This document shows, one piece after another, positions 11,601 through 20,516 of a stretch of DNA of 64,000 nt. The position numbers and the translations under genes were made by a program. A model generated the notes under the pieces. The model did no database searches. It was given only the letters and a program-made list of their open reading frames with translations, and had not been told where the DNA came from. Each line of letters starts with the position of its first letter. The stretch's first letter is position 1. The stretch spans positions 7,098 through 71,097 of the IMG/VR virus record IMGVR_UViG_3300021963_000102; one strand, 5' to 3'. This stretch comes from a virus.

Positions 11601-14517
11601 TATTTTTTCTATTTGGAAGACTTTCTAAATCAAGACCAAATTTATTAGCTCTCATCTGATGAGGCTTTCCTCTCATTACACCAGCTGTAGCACGTGGAAG
11701 GATTTCTGTAGACTTCTTAGGATCAGCCTCATAGGTTTTAACAAACTCTGCAGTTTGTACAGTTTCTCTATCCTGTGTATTAAGAGCCTGGTCAATCACC
11801 TTTGCATTACGCATTGCTTTTTGTTCCTGCTCTCTTTGCTCTACAAGCTTTTGAGATAGCTTATCAAACTCAGTTTCCACCTCATCCATTAACTCACTGT
11901 TATTCAATGAGTTAACAAAGTCAATAGGAGATGTGTTTTCAGGCACCTTTACATCTGTGTGTTTCTTTCTACTAAGAACATTGTTAATAGCGTTCTCAAG
12001 TGTTTTATTTAGTTCATCTACACCTATAGGCGCATCTGACAAATCAAATTGTTTGAACTCTTGAGGAGTGAGATATTCTATATTACCATTTGGCATTAAC
12101 ACCTCAAATTCTCCACCTAAGGTTTGGGAGAGCACACGTAGCTTTGGAGCCACTTGTATAGTGTTTCCTTGTCTTGAGAATGGCTTTTTGAGATAGTAGT
12201 CCTCACCCACCTCTAATTTCTTAGTGATGATTTTACCAGGTTTGTTAGGATCTACTTGTTCTACACTAACAGCTAGTTCTTCTGTAGATCCAAAAGGGAA
12301 TGCTTTCTTATCGTAAAAATCTTTAGGATTGTTCTTGATGGTGTCATATTCTTGCAAGAACTGATTCCTATCCAAGCTCATATCAATGATGTCTATTAAA
12401 TTTTGCTTCAAATCGCTCTTAACATCAGAAAGCACATTCATATCATTGATGGCATCTATTGCTTTACTAGTGGCTTCTTTGTTTGGTTTTTTATCCACTA
12501 CAATGCTGTCAATTATATCATTGACATTCACACCACGCAGATTCAACTGGTCAGCTAGCTTTGGAATACGTGTGTCATAATCAGCCACCTTTGTAGCTGC
12601 ATACACCATTTGATCCATTACAGCAGGAGTGTATACAAGGTTTCCTTCCTTGTTCACAATACTACCATAGCGAAGATTGAGAGATTGATAAAGGGATTTT
12701 ACATTGTCTGCAGTTTTCTCTAGGTTGAGAATTCTTTGCATATAGGCTTCTCTACTATCTGTAGGAAGAGCCTTTCCTTCTGCTTGCAATTGTGCAAATC
12801 CTTCAGGAGTGGCAGCTAGTTGTTTGTAGTCTGCTATATCTTGCATCACCAAATCATACCTACCATATTTGATTCTAGGAGATAGGTAGTTGATGATGTA
12901 GTCTGTTTCCTTATCCTTACTTCCTTTAACATCACCCTTCTTCAGCAGTTCTTCTCTTTCTTGCTGAAGAACAGTTCCACGGTTGACAGAATCAATAGTT
13001 TCTTTTGTGAAATCAGAAAGTTCGTATCTATTGAATGCTTGGATAGCATCTGCTGTATTTCTGCTCTTAGCAGCGTTTTCAACATATCTACCTCTAGCTT
13101 GCATAAGGGCTCCAGACAATCCACCAATTAGGACATTCTCCATACCCTCGTTTGTACCAAGGGTTTCTGTAATACCCTCACTCAAAGACTCAAGCCATGA
13201 TGTAGCTTGTCCTCTGTATTTCTTATTGTAATAGTCTTGTGTAGTTTTAGTGATGGCAAACTGAGCACCTTCTTCAAATGCTTCTGAAGCAGAGAATGTA
13301 TAAGGTCTTATCTTATCTAGCGTGGATACAAGTTTTCCTCCTGTGGTGGTGATAGCCTTTTCAGCATATCTACCAGTGGCATCTTTTGCTACATCTCTAA
13401 TCTCTCTAGTGAGAGAGTTGATGATTCCTTTCTCACCTGTGTATGTAGAACCTAATATTTTAGGAAACTGTATATAGTTGGTTACAGAAAGTAAACCCAC
13501 ATTAGTTAAGAATGAGGAGTTACCCACATTATCAGCTAATGCATTAATCTTTTCAAGATCAGCACCTTTAGGATCTAGTCCATTATTCTCTTCTCTATAC
13601 TTCTGTATTAGATTATCTCTGTATTCATTGAGATTGTGGTAGGCTTCAAAACCAGCCTCACCTGTTGTAGCAAGTCCTGCTACAAGTGCTCTTCCTCCAG
13701 GGTTGAGAAGATTGTAAGAAGATAGAAACTTATCAGAAAGTGATCTCACCTTCCCATATGTTTCAGCCACTTTATTAGCAGCAAGCAGTCCTTGTTCTGT
13801 AGCAGCCAAAGTTTCAGCAGCTTTACCTACAGAAAACAAACGTGCTGTAAGAGGGAGGGCTTTTAGTCCAGCTGTAAATACACCTCCTGATAGAGCAGCA
13901 CCTGCTGCAAATCCCATATTCTTAACTATACCATTCCAGAAGAAGTTGGCTGTAAATAGTTTATCAGGAGAATACCAACTAGCGTTCTTTTCAACATCTG
14001 TATAATAGTTGGGAAGAACATTCTCAGCAGCTTTGTTTATTTCATCTAGTCTTCTGTTAAAACCATTGTCATAGAAAGAAGCTGCTCTTCCATCTCCAAT
14101 AGCACGAACCATTCCATTTAATAGTCCAAATGTAGATTGTAGAAGAGTGGTGCCTGTTAAGAGCAAACCCTTACCAACACTATTCACCATCTTAGAAGTC
14201 CATCCCTGTCCCTGTGCATATGCATCTTCGTTATTATAATCTCCAGGAATGAAGAAGTTGTAACGATTGGAAGTGAGCTCTGATAAAGGGCGTGGGATAG
14301 ATCCACCTGTCATCTTACCATCAGATCCTGTTTTACTAAGAAGATAGTTCTCTAAAGATGTGAGGGCAGATGGGGCAGGTTCTGTACTCTCAGAAGGCAT
14401 TCCAAGAGCAGGGGACCTATAGGCAATGTTAGGTAGGCTAGACATATCCCTTTCAGGATTATATCCACCAAACTGTTTCTCCAGTTCAAGTCTGTCTAAT
14501 AAGGGTGTATCAGGCAT
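2653..14517 (-). CDS. Virion-packaged RNA polymerase polyprotein (crAss-type), with zincin HEXXH domain and C-terminal ASCH-like domain
   Basis: 3,954 aa from the ATG at 14517. Catalytic GSDFDIDK (5557-5571) preceded by FRIPTQ; AYHEVFHAVW...EEKLAEEF zincin (9679-9693); GLKTTTVR ASCH signature near the C-terminus. Confidence 0.9.
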   Translation of the reverse strand: MPDTPLLDRLELEKQFGGYNPERDMSSLPNIAYRSPALGMPSESTEPAPSALTSLENYLLSKTGSDGKMTGGSIPRPLSELTSNRYNFFIPGDYNNEDAYAQGQGWTSKMVNSVGKGLLLTGTTLLQSTFGLLNGMVRAIGDGRAASFYDNGFNRRLDEINKAAENVLPNYYTDVEKNASWYSPDKLFTANFFWNGIVKNMGFAAGAALSGGVFTAGLKALPLTARLFSVGKAAETLAATEQGLLAANKVAETYGKVRSLSDKFLSSYNLLNPGGRALVAGLATTGEAGFEAYHNLNEYRDNLIQKYREENNGLDPKGADLEKINALADNVGNSSFLTNVGLLSVTNYIQFPKILGSTYTGEKGIINSLTREIRDVAKDATGRYAEKAITTTGGKLVSTLDKIRPYTFSASEAFEEGAQFAITKTTQDYYNKKYRGQATSWLESLSEGITETLGTNEGMENVLIGGLSGALMQARGRYVENAAKSRNTADAIQAFNRYELSDFTKETIDSVNRGTVLQQEREELLKKGDVKGSKDKETDYIINYLSPRIKYGRYDLVMQDIADYKQLAATPEGFAQLQAEGKALPTDSREAYMQRILNLEKTADNVKSLYQSLNLRYGSIVNKEGNLVYTPAVMDQMVYAATKVADYDTRIPKLADQLNLRGVNVNDIIDSIVVDKKPNKEATSKAIDAINDMNVLSDVKSDLKQNLIDIIDMSLDRNQFLQEYDTIKNNPKDFYDKKAFPFGSTEELAVSVEQVDPNKPGKIITKKLEVGEDYYLKKPFSRQGNTIQVAPKLRVLSQTLGGEFEVLMPNGNIEYLTPQEFKQFDLSDAPIGVDELNKTLENAINNVLSRKKHTDVKVPENTSPIDFVNSLNNSELMDEVETEFDKLSQKLVEQREQEQKAMRNAKVIDQALNTQDRETVQTAEFVKTYEADPKKSTEILPRATAGVMRGKPHQMRANKFGLDLESLPNRKNIRGVYVTSKNEDQLIPGLTEHLRLDVQGNIDETISKDDIITLVMVDDAGNLVGVDGNPLPEGSDKLNSAIYQVFPTASLTWSEEFGGKSMFREGTPDNVIEAVTKQYKEWRNGVIANPNLNERHTIGASFGIPLYVKDADGNTDWNTKTSVEDAGLITAAQLERDPLIFIPKDNEKQTKGTVSFSNPMGKPFLNLPNGLVKLRNRNLTKKEAETIYQALLQLSKNMQNVDEWVTSDKSVRLLTWLRSIVYWGIPTTQAGVRKPAGYNSVFWEKDGTGRRLMLSLKEAGKDFSMTPIGLEENKAAIIEQLQKMYNNINSSIAKNLNEPYEEITSVAEDGSVESRIWPNYQTYLLSNKNPNGGKRSGEDLPLSTPMVPKTSDDVMNRMGIYFYTADTADDFVIPKPAKPATPISSTVITAAGVQRNAAPAPTAPQAAPTAPPAPTYILDGRTINKYVSPGGKVINFKAPEDVTMETINQKIILGTQSGDYAEVAGIMERAGKNPEIELKKIIFNAIAPELDRIKIEMAPVVIGGTAPAIQAASQNLGQPINDNVMDAINIRLADTNDEALREMIGSEIDQYQREDWNKVEAFIKANLPNIPVYRVKNVIQATNGRQAWGMYRDGAIYIYTNAEVGTAYHEVFHAVWRMFADSAEREAVMNELRKRGGSFFDKKSRQDVKYSEATDDQLEEKLAEEFRDYVQEGKIPAKPKDGRPFIVKLFADLVKFIKEFFVGPKAATNTEELFKKIGNGYYKNYSPNYASLAYAKEGVIDIEDAFATSDSEFSLVGITDKQRSEIINEMTYLTLGNFINTDEGLFSIPKINRKELYDTIKTQLLQKVGRKIDVAQEFVKQGLRTQENVDPIITSTTELMQHIDNQWDDIVKRHEEYLNAYSITFDENDDMQRTDENKIKESDFASAEKIDGFRKANGAIKLLLATIPIVDANGKPVPSSIGGTQLLPISQTYISVMNNVHDAISIEDMLEKLRVMAANDRNYRVLYKRLTKSPWDIPGLNFSNVNTEAASQLIGGFWQTFKKQDPEVKNVFILEDGTVVVGDANLSNAAVQLRADYIDSITQYAKNGKGYFKYDTKSNVFVGDVAKARGKRTETPAELSNFLEEMGISFSTKEIQSLSPNDLQEFRESVQGIKKSIIEGRKIATFSGKSLDISNRLLELALFKAKISNPQFDSTYFNLSGERVQSFLGPNAVYDLYNFLSQLKRLDKDSLAGTQYEYLLSDDFTQGSVMIKQLFASDGLPKSDARKDQIMRVGYVGGTLNEQNGRNKESAQLTYKERVAQEINLNLAGYYLNLVPGDASLEWMLKMGNVISLTSLSRGRGDVYNIFRDYFISEMKVGRDPNRPFVKLGDRKRTDLRFFKSILGESLHDEIVADTTSAPEAMFDGEDYGQRIRAAIDAFIDGRSANTKELLDSYGVAKSTSVGIETNGLSLPRVMNENDYNRHIDMLSINYIIANIELHKLAYGDPYQYKEELKRTKSFNSPRQAIVNNSPTMNGVYNSVWNKGYSPGDVAYTNFTRDYFRTVPYKDVQAYNKLLNYGVYDETDGAGIINMKANRNFRIRAGKWNSDEERQYKYDMAWKKRDKGLGLSSDEERILREGNPNVQSAYVNLKPIVSGNKANGQPYNEIVLDKFALYVLSYRLIKELNPDANLLKLDEKMDEEDIDYVVFNSGRKVGSVGAQDVYNENGEFNDSKSEIITNVPFSIMSVQSEVPSKEDNLVTRGSQPTKLVTMDLLEAGVPVDFFPSKTIDQRYKAWMSLASEEERENRSTIYAEIKRNQKLLEELTKEGYLNTLDRLGIKEITFKDVDDVTKKRFEVENKDKAVATLRSEILKREVNDNISDALQGFLEGKAVLEATPAYQQIRNILYSIADKNIVSPKVNGGLKVQIPSSLFESNRIKPTEINGKMAYTSDLLKFYEGEDGKRYCEIMVARWFDSDLTDDQLMDYFNNTEEGKKQLAALAGVAFRIPTQKQNSIESFRIAKFLPKGMGDSVVVPSEIVKKVGSDFDIDKLSIYLKNVYVKDGKPKLVPSFANKQEAIEKLGEMFDKGEFLSKEQEKQLNRYIDEELIAAEDFMNDESNTAQLMKKLMGVGQLFSVEEIVRDFTRGIKVRDQIINNLYKKSLENQYIDSFQNLVETKANFIRLTSPNSAEQLKDLARFVANKTTGGTFDYNDPGNMLDRTFMSRLRHAFVRGKYAIGIAAVAQTNHSLNQRQLIYIDRNRLENLPLADQFWLGDGTIKFDKYNSIDVEGKGSVAMLSGIQNADGKDISDIIGQFIDGYVDISKGPWIMELGATPNVASTWLFLVKIGVPIDTVSYFMNQTSVRNYLRSIENAGYSYVFNDGIYNDVMESYLPKATTKEEHDAIMQQLNEGTIPSKAVLKRNVGMPTRQMSKDEKLEQAIILKEFLKYAKMAEHLFHVTQGTNWDTATLNDPYLVLKKEIQLQKAQNTIISSVEELMENAFIGELAEIMKDTRNAFAQLLLSDKPRVRAIIHGIIAPYATSMSDREFVKLARKAVNDLFDYAVQIDQNLNLEIQEILLNDGGVATEMLSFVNDVKANPSHPLHNNYVVNIVSGDPSKKVGQNLPNNLKVKGMDNRTYDQNNIIYAFRELRDYFKDKSPLYDRLVSLAILQSGLSSSPISFTSVLPYEDFERIYNQTLSRLEAIPNLENFQTMGVFQRNNWNNDDIVPYVMANTIETAAGPVYNPSMKFLPKPVREAVEKGTIPPVVSRSIYRSEGRYDYIVYRWEKGAAELLTEQEKADGLTAAKKKAQMRKEGDYSFIQKGLFKKVYDNFGNPLLHNDKNGGKYFIYKAVNAWGDGYRANEFWDVEHTSDINNGFIKTDGIDDNAIISEFEKKPSRTTQRGTGTRVKGITMQPQNVEKIEQGLKTTTVRSTSESERINIPVGQSEIRRIGNKEYMVTNRGLLTVDEAGGKEAMLQSEGVTSAEELSYQMVRDWINGRGKLYVYDISDIQGADPFTC

Positions 14518-14528
14518 CAATAATCCGT

Positions 14529-17099
14529 TTAAGGTATTTTAGAAGCTTCCTTCATAAGTTTTAACTCTGCAGCTGTAGGAGGTCTTTCGTTGATTAGTTC
14601 AAATATAGCAGCATCATTTAAGCTGCCCATAGCAGCTGCAAGCTTTTCTTTTTGCATAAGTCCTCCACGAGGATAGGAAACATCATTCACCCATTGTTTT
14701 CTTAGAGGATCAAACACTGCAAGTTTATACCCATACAGTCCTCCAGATTGTATAATGTTTCCCTTCACACCATAAATATCAATACTAGGAAAATCTATAG
14801 ATGATAGATAGGAATTATTAGCATTAGTGGGACCAGGAGCAGTGGCAGTGCTCACTCCTCCAGTTTTTGAAAGTTGTGAAAGATAGGGTTGTACAGCTTT
14901 CACTTCTGGAGCAGATTCAAAAGCAGCATTCCCAAAATAATTCACCTTGATTTCAGGGGTTATTTTGAACTTCATACTTTTTCCATCCTTTCCTGAAACA
15001 GTCACTTCATATAAAGCAGGCTGTAACTCAGTGCCTTCTATAACACGAATCACTCCAGATAGAGAAGGATCTGCTGCCAACTCTCTAGCTTTTTGTGATG
15101 TAAACTCTGGAGAGTTAGCTAGTCCTCCTGGTACATCAGCATTAGTGGCTAAACCACCAAGAAGAGTGACAAGCTGTTGTCTAAGCTCAGGCTTATAAGA
15201 ATCAATACCATATGACATTGCTTGAGAACCTTGCATTCTATTTAGCAATATTTCATTAGCTCTAATAACCCTTTCGTTTAATTTAGCCTGGTAAGGAAGA
15301 TTTACTTTCTCTTTATAGAAGCCTAGGTTTTGTCTCATACCAAGTTCTCCACTATCTAGCTTTCCACCTTGTGATTCTTTCTTTAAAATATTATACAACA
15401 AAAGCTCTTTACCATTTAAATTTTGTTGAGCCTTTTCATCATCAAATAGGTTACTACCTGTTGTTCCCATAGTGGCAGATCCACCACTACCCACTCTTAT
15501 TAGAAATTCTGGATACTTCTGGTTAAACTGCACTAGCTCTTGTGGTGTGAATGAATATCCCTTGTATGTAACAGTGGGAGATCCTGGAGGAATTAAACTT
15601 TCTATTTTTCCTTTTTCAGCATCCACTTGATTATAGATGTTACCAAGAAGAGCCTCATTAGATTTTATAAGTCTTGTAAGGTTTTCTGTAGCAACAAAGT
15701 GTTGAGCAAGTACAGGATCTACACCTTTAGGATTTCTTTCCCAAGCAGCTTTTTGATCTGCTAGCCATGTAACATCCTTGCCCATATATTCAGGGCGATT
15801 TAAAAGAGAAGCTTCATCATTTACTAATTGTTTCTTATCAGTTTCAATTAGTTTCACTAAATTAGTCATGTTGTAGGTTCCAATCTCCTCAGTGGTAGCT
15901 CCTCCTGCAACACCTCCTTTTCCTCCAATACCAAGCTTTGATTGTTCTATTTCAAGCTTTGCTCTTTCTATTGCCATCTTTTCTCCATGCTGTCTATTTT
16001 CCTCTTCATACTTCTCTTTGTCAAAAGTTAGTCTATCTCTAAACTGTTGAGCAGCAACATATGGACTATTCTCATATGTTTTGGAAGTTTCTGTAAAGCT
16101 GAAGGCGCTAGCAAAGTTGTTTAAGTTGTTGATTGTCTGTAGTCTAGATTTTGCAGATTCTACATCTCCACTAGCAAATGATTTAGAAACACCAGAATAT
16201 TCTTCTTTAGTTCTTTCAATCATTTTTTTCAACATGTCAATTTTACCATCTATCTCAGTTTTCTGAGCAGTGGATTGAGTTTGGTATTTAGAAGCATCAA
16301 GAGTTTTTATTTGACTCATATACTTCTCCACCTTCTCACTATACTGACTGTTTATATCATTTACAAACTGTTCAGGGGTAACATTAGAATAGTTGTATCT
16401 ACCATCTATTTCCATTTGCTTAAATGCATTAGGAGATAGTCCCACTAGTAAAGCCTGTTGTAAACGCTCAGGAGAAATACCTTCTAGCTTCTGTCTTGTA
16501 ATAGCATCTGTTATTGTAAGGTTGCCTTTATTATCCACTCTAAAAGCATCATCTGTTATAGTGGAATCTTTTGTAAGAGCTTTTAATACATCAACAGCTT
16601 CCTTTCTCCAATTGGTGTATGGTGTGAACCTGCCATTAAAAGAAACATTTAAGTCATTGCTATTCAACCACTTAGAAGCTTGGTCTCTAAAATCCCATTC
16701 ATTTGATGTACCAGATTTACCCTCTTTTCTAGCTGCATCTATTTCTTCTAAACTCTTTCTATAGAGCTTTGTAGAGGATACAGCATTTAGAATGTAAGGG
16801 TCTTTGGTTAACTGTGTCACCATCCCCCCTACAGAATTAACTAGTTGGAAGTTAGAGAAGTCTCCACTAGCCACATTTCTTAGGTTGTTACCAAGCTGGT
16901 TAAACTTTGATTGTAGATAGGCCTTATCAACAGGTCTAGCCACCTCTAATCCAGAAAGACTGTCCAAATAGGTTTGTATCCTTTGGACACCTTCCTCATA
17001 GCGCTTTTGTTTTTCCATGCCCACTTGGACCATGGCTTCCACAGGAAGCTGGTCAATGTAGGGGTTAAACTTGGGTATTATGTCTGTATAAGAAGCCAT
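14529..17099 (-). CDS. Internal virion (cargo/ejection) protein
   Basis: 856-aa ORF directly upstream of the virion RNAP, with its own promoter; N-terminus FNPYIDQLPVEAM and coiled-coil segments. Confidence 0.65.
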   Translation of the reverse strand: MASYTDIIPKFNPYIDQLPVEAMVQVGMEKQKRYEEGVQRIQTYLDSLSGLEVARPVDKAYLQSKFNQLGNNLRNVASGDFSNFQLVNSVGGMVTQLTKDPYILNAVSSTKLYRKSLEEIDAARKEGKSGTSNEWDFRDQASKWLNSNDLNVSFNGRFTPYTNWRKEAVDVLKALTKDSTITDDAFRVDNKGNLTITDAITRQKLEGISPERLQQALLVGLSPNAFKQMEIDGRYNYSNVTPEQFVNDINSQYSEKVEKYMSQIKTLDASKYQTQSTAQKTEIDGKIDMLKKMIERTKEEYSGVSKSFASGDVESAKSRLQTINNLNNFASAFSFTETSKTYENSPYVAAQQFRDRLTFDKEKYEEENRQHGEKMAIERAKLEIEQSKLGIGGKGGVAGGATTEEIGTYNMTNLVKLIETDKKQLVNDEASLLNRPEYMGKDVTWLADQKAAWERNPKGVDPVLAQHFVATENLTRLIKSNEALLGNIYNQVDAEKGKIESLIPPGSPTVTYKGYSFTPQELVQFNQKYPEFLIRVGSGGSATMGTTGSNLFDDEKAQQNLNGKELLLYNILKKESQGGKLDSGELGMRQNLGFYKEKVNLPYQAKLNERVIRANEILLNRMQGSQAMSYGIDSYKPELRQQLVTLLGGLATNADVPGGLANSPEFTSQKARELAADPSLSGVIRVIEGTELQPALYEVTVSGKDGKSMKFKITPEIKVNYFGNAAFESAPEVKAVQPYLSQLSKTGGVSTATAPGPTNANNSYLSSIDFPSIDIYGVKGNIIQSGGLYGYKLAVFDPLRKQWVNDVSYPRGGLMQKEKLAAAMGSLNDAAIFELINERPPTAAELKLMKEASKIP

Positions 17100-17113
17100 A
17101 GCGCATTAAGTTA

Positions 17114-17145
17114 CAAATGTAATATGAAAAATTATATCTTCCAAG
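17114..17145 (-). promoter_or_regulatory. Bacteroidetes primary-sigma promoter (-33 CTTG, -7 TACATTTG)
   Basis: Exact TAnnTTTG at 17114-17121 (minus), 20-nt spacer, 14 nt upstream of the ATG at 17099. Confidence 0.75.
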
Positions 17146-17185
17146 AGGAATAACGAATTTTGGTAAATCACTCTAACTGAGTTAG

Positions 17186-20100
17186 TTATAGATTTTTTAT
17201 AGCCTTTGCTATATTAGCTCCTCTCTTTCCTTTTTTATTACCCGTAGGTGCTGTAGGACTAGGAGCTTCAGGGTTTCCAATATCACTGTAAATCAAGTTT
17301 CCTTGATCATCATATGATGCCACTAGTCCTGGAACTGTAGGAAGATTGAACGTAGGAGTAGGGTTTACATTAATAGCTCTAAATCCAGGAGTGAATCTGT
17401 AATTGAACATGTTCTCCATAACAGCATATTGTCTTTGTCTGTTTAGGTTTTGAGCATATTTAGATGATATGGAGTTGAGAGCTTCCTGTGTTGTAGCCTT
17501 AGTGTTAGAAAGAGCTTTAGCTTGTCTTTCTGCTTGACGATCAAGGATTTGTAAATTAGCAAGCTTAGCTTGATTAAGAATGTCTCTGTTCTCTTTATAC
17601 ACAGTGTCCTTCTTAGCTTGGTTCAGTCTAAACTGCTCACCCAACACTCTTTGATTAGCTGAATACTTCTGAGCATTTAACATAGAGAGTGCCTCAGGGT
17701 TGTATCCTGTAAGTCTTTGTGTAGAATTGTAATCAGCCTGATTAGCATTTAGAATATCTTGTAGGGATATGTCATATGGAGTGCTGAGCTCAGGGATGTA
17801 TTTTTGAGCATATACAGGCTCCACCTGATTTTGAGAAAGAGCATACATCTCACCCAATAGCTGGTTAGGATCAAGAGGTTGCATTCTTCTACGTGTTAGA
17901 ATAGGAACCAAATCTCTAAGACCAGCAGGAATAGGATCTGGTTGTACAGGAGGGATGTTAAATGAAACAGGTCCTCTACCCTTAGGTTCTTCTTTCTTAC
18001 CACCAAGACCTACAGTTTTAAGTCCTTCTTCTGTAGCTTTAGTGGTGGTGGCAAGAGAAGTGAGGCGTGGGAAGCGGTAGTCCCATAATCCATCATTAAA
18101 CTGCTCAAATAGTCTGTCAGCATCTAGAGCAATTTGATTAGCTCCTGGTCCATAAAGTCTTTTTCCTTTGTTAGTTAGAGGAACAGAACGTAAGTAGGAA
18201 GTGAGTTCACTAGCTACAGATGGATTCTTTTTAGCCTCTCCTACAATCCACTTCTGTAGCTCATCAATGTTTTCTGCTCCTTTATATCCAAACTGTTTGT
18301 AATAGTTAGTGATGTCACTTACATTTTGGAAGTTTCTTCCTGTTCCACCTATTGTAATATTGGGGTAGATGGAAGAAGCTTTCTTTCTAAAATCATCTGC
18401 TAAAGGTGTGCCCTTGTCATATCCAAAATGGATGTGGGGACCTGTAGCTCCTGTTTTCTCCTGAACAGTGGGGTCATATTCATTAATAGCTGTGATGTCG
18501 TTTTGCAATAGATAGGATGCAATCTCTGGGTCTTTCAAAATAGCATCATATGCGCCACCCTTCAAATCTGGGAAAACAACATCCATAGCTTGTCCAGAAG
18601 CATGTCTAGATTCTCTTCCTCCAGCAGTTTGACTACCAGGTCTCATACCACTTGTAGCTTGTACATTATATCCTTTCTGATTCAAAAGCTCTAGGAGATT
18701 AAGAATCTTTGGATCAACATTTCTAAGAGCAGCTCTAGCTGACATGCTTCTACCAGCTTGAGCTTTAGGAATACTAGCTCCTTTCTGAGCTAACACTCTT
18801 CCATCATCTGTAACGTTTAGCAAGCCTTCTTCTTTGCTATCATTAATAGCATTCTGAAGAGCTGCAGCATTTTGTTTCTTTTCTGCCAAGTCTTTAAGTT
18901 TTGCGTTAGCACCTTGAATGTTTGCTTGTAGGGTTCCAAAAGCAAGCTTATCAAAAGATGATTGTACATTTAATTCATCAAGTTTATCCACTGACTTCTC
19001 AATCAACTTGTTCTGCTTGTTTTCTTGTTTAGATAGATCAGCCACATAGGTTTTGAACTTCTTACCCTTAGCTTTAGAATCTGCTAACATATCTGCAAAT
19101 GAATTTGTGATTTTGATGTTTCCAAACACTGTGAGATTGGATTCACCACTTGTACCATCTTGTAGCTTTACAGCAGGTTCTCCACGCTCCACCTCTACAG
19201 GATTCTCACCATAGGTGATACCAATTCCTGTATTTCCTTTTCCATCAGATTCATCGTGAGACTGTCCTCTGAACATGATGGTTTCTCCTCCCTCAGGAAG
19301 GTAGGGATTTTGAGATAGGGTTTCAGCATATCCACCCCAGTGTGTCTCAAGCTCTCCACCCATTTGCATAGCTGGTCTTTCTGTAGACATAGCTGCAGCA
19401 CTAGGAGGTGTATACTCTTTCAGGTGACCACCAGCTCTGAGCATATCAGCATCTGTTGGGGGCTTGAGAAGGTCTTTCAACTTATGCTCTCCAAAGGATG
19501 CAATCACCTGTGGTTGCCATGTGTGGCTCACCCACTTGTAAGGAGAAACATCCCCACCATCTTGCACATTAGCACTAAACATTGTTTGAAAATTAGATCC
19601 CATCTGCTGACCTAAAATATTTCCTAAATTCCTATTACTTACATCTTGGTAGGCTTTTATCTTCTCTTCACTTCTATCAACCAATCCACCAAGTCCACTT
19701 CCTAAAAGTCCTCCTATAGCACCACCAACAGGTCCTCCAAAAGCTGTACCAATTGCTGATCCAATTCCCTTACCTATCTTATTACCAGCTTCTGGTGTGT
19801 TTCCTTGAATAATTTGATTAAGAGAACCCATCATAGAACTACCTGCATCACCTTGTAGAAATGTTTCAAGTCCAGTGGCTGCTCTAGGAAGTTTACCACC
19901 TCTCATGTATTGTTTTACATCTTGGTTATCATTTAATGGCTCATATCCTAGGTCTGTATATAAAGTGCCAGGATTGTACATGTTCTGAATCTCTGTAGGA
20001 TTGCCACCAATCATCGCACCATCTTGAGCAAGTATATTTGTGCCTACACCATAAGAAGGAAACATTTGTTCTGGTTGAAATTCTACATCTTCTGGTCTAA

Positions 20101-20515
20101 CATATTGACGCTTAAGAGGTTGCTTAGGTGTGCTCATTGCAGCAGCAGATTGAACACCTGTAAGCTCTTTCATTTGTCTAGCACTACGTACAGCATCTCT
20201 TTGATCTTTAATCATACTAACACCTTCTATAAAATCTACACCAGCTTGTATATAAGGAGCAGCACCAACAGGAGTTTTCATAGCTGATGGTGTAGCACTA
20301 GGTTTGATAGTTTGAGCAGGAGAAGTTTTATCTAATAATACATCTCTAGTGGGAATTTGTATTCTAGGTAGACCACCAGTAGGTATATTTCTACCAACCT
20401 GGGCTTTCCTAAACTCCTTTCCGTGTTTAGCCATAAAAGCTTCTTCTGTAGGAAACTTCTCATAGAATTCCTTTTCAGATTTAACACCAGCGATTTTGAG
20501 CATCTGTTTTTTCAT
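17186..20515 (-). CDS. Internal virion cargo protein with inserted peptidase M15 (LAS-type) domain
   Basis: 1,109 aa. TSGMR...SRHASGQAMD...GPHIHFG (H-x6-D ... HxH) at about 18420-18730; GQSHDE...VEVERGE motif; repeated xxGG motifs. Confidence 0.75.
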   Translation of the reverse strand: MKKQMLKIAGVKSEKEFYEKFPTEEAFMAKHGKEFRKAQVGRNIPTGGLPRIQIPTRDVLLDKTSPAQTIKPSATPSAMKTPVGAAPYIQAGVDFIEGVSMIKDQRDAVRSARQMKELTGVQSAAAMSTPKQPLKRQYVRPEDVEFQPEQMFPSYGVGTNILAQDGAMIGGNPTEIQNMYNPGTLYTDLGYEPLNDNQDVKQYMRGGKLPRAATGLETFLQGDAGSSMMGSLNQIIQGNTPEAGNKIGKGIGSAIGTAFGGPVGGAIGGLLGSGLGGLVDRSEEKIKAYQDVSNRNLGNILGQQMGSNFQTMFSANVQDGGDVSPYKWVSHTWQPQVIASFGEHKLKDLLKPPTDADMLRAGGHLKEYTPPSAAAMSTERPAMQMGGELETHWGGYAETLSQNPYLPEGGETIMFRGQSHDESDGKGNTGIGITYGENPVEVERGEPAVKLQDGTSGESNLTVFGNIKITNSFADMLADSKAKGKKFKTYVADLSKQENKQNKLIEKSVDKLDELNVQSSFDKLAFGTLQANIQGANAKLKDLAEKKQNAAALQNAINDSKEEGLLNVTDDGRVLAQKGASIPKAQAGRSMSARAALRNVDPKILNLLELLNQKGYNVQATSGMRPGSQTAGGRESRHASGQAMDVVFPDLKGGAYDAILKDPEIASYLLQNDITAINEYDPTVQEKTGATGPHIHFGYDKGTPLADDFRKKASSIYPNITIGGTGRNFQNVSDITNYYKQFGYKGAENIDELQKWIVGEAKKNPSVASELTSYLRSVPLTNKGKRLYGPGANQIALDADRLFEQFNDGLWDYRFPRLTSLATTTKATEEGLKTVGLGGKKEEPKGRGPVSFNIPPVQPDPIPAGLRDLVPILTRRRMQPLDPNQLLGEMYALSQNQVEPVYAQKYIPELSTPYDISLQDILNANQADYNSTQRLTGYNPEALSMLNAQKYSANQRVLGEQFRLNQAKKDTVYKENRDILNQAKLANLQILDRQAERQAKALSNTKATTQEALNSISSKYAQNLNRQRQYAVMENMFNYRFTPGFRAINVNPTPTFNLPTVPGLVASYDDQGNLIYSDIGNPEAPSPTAPTGNKKGKRGANIAKAIKNL

Positions 20516-20516
20516 G

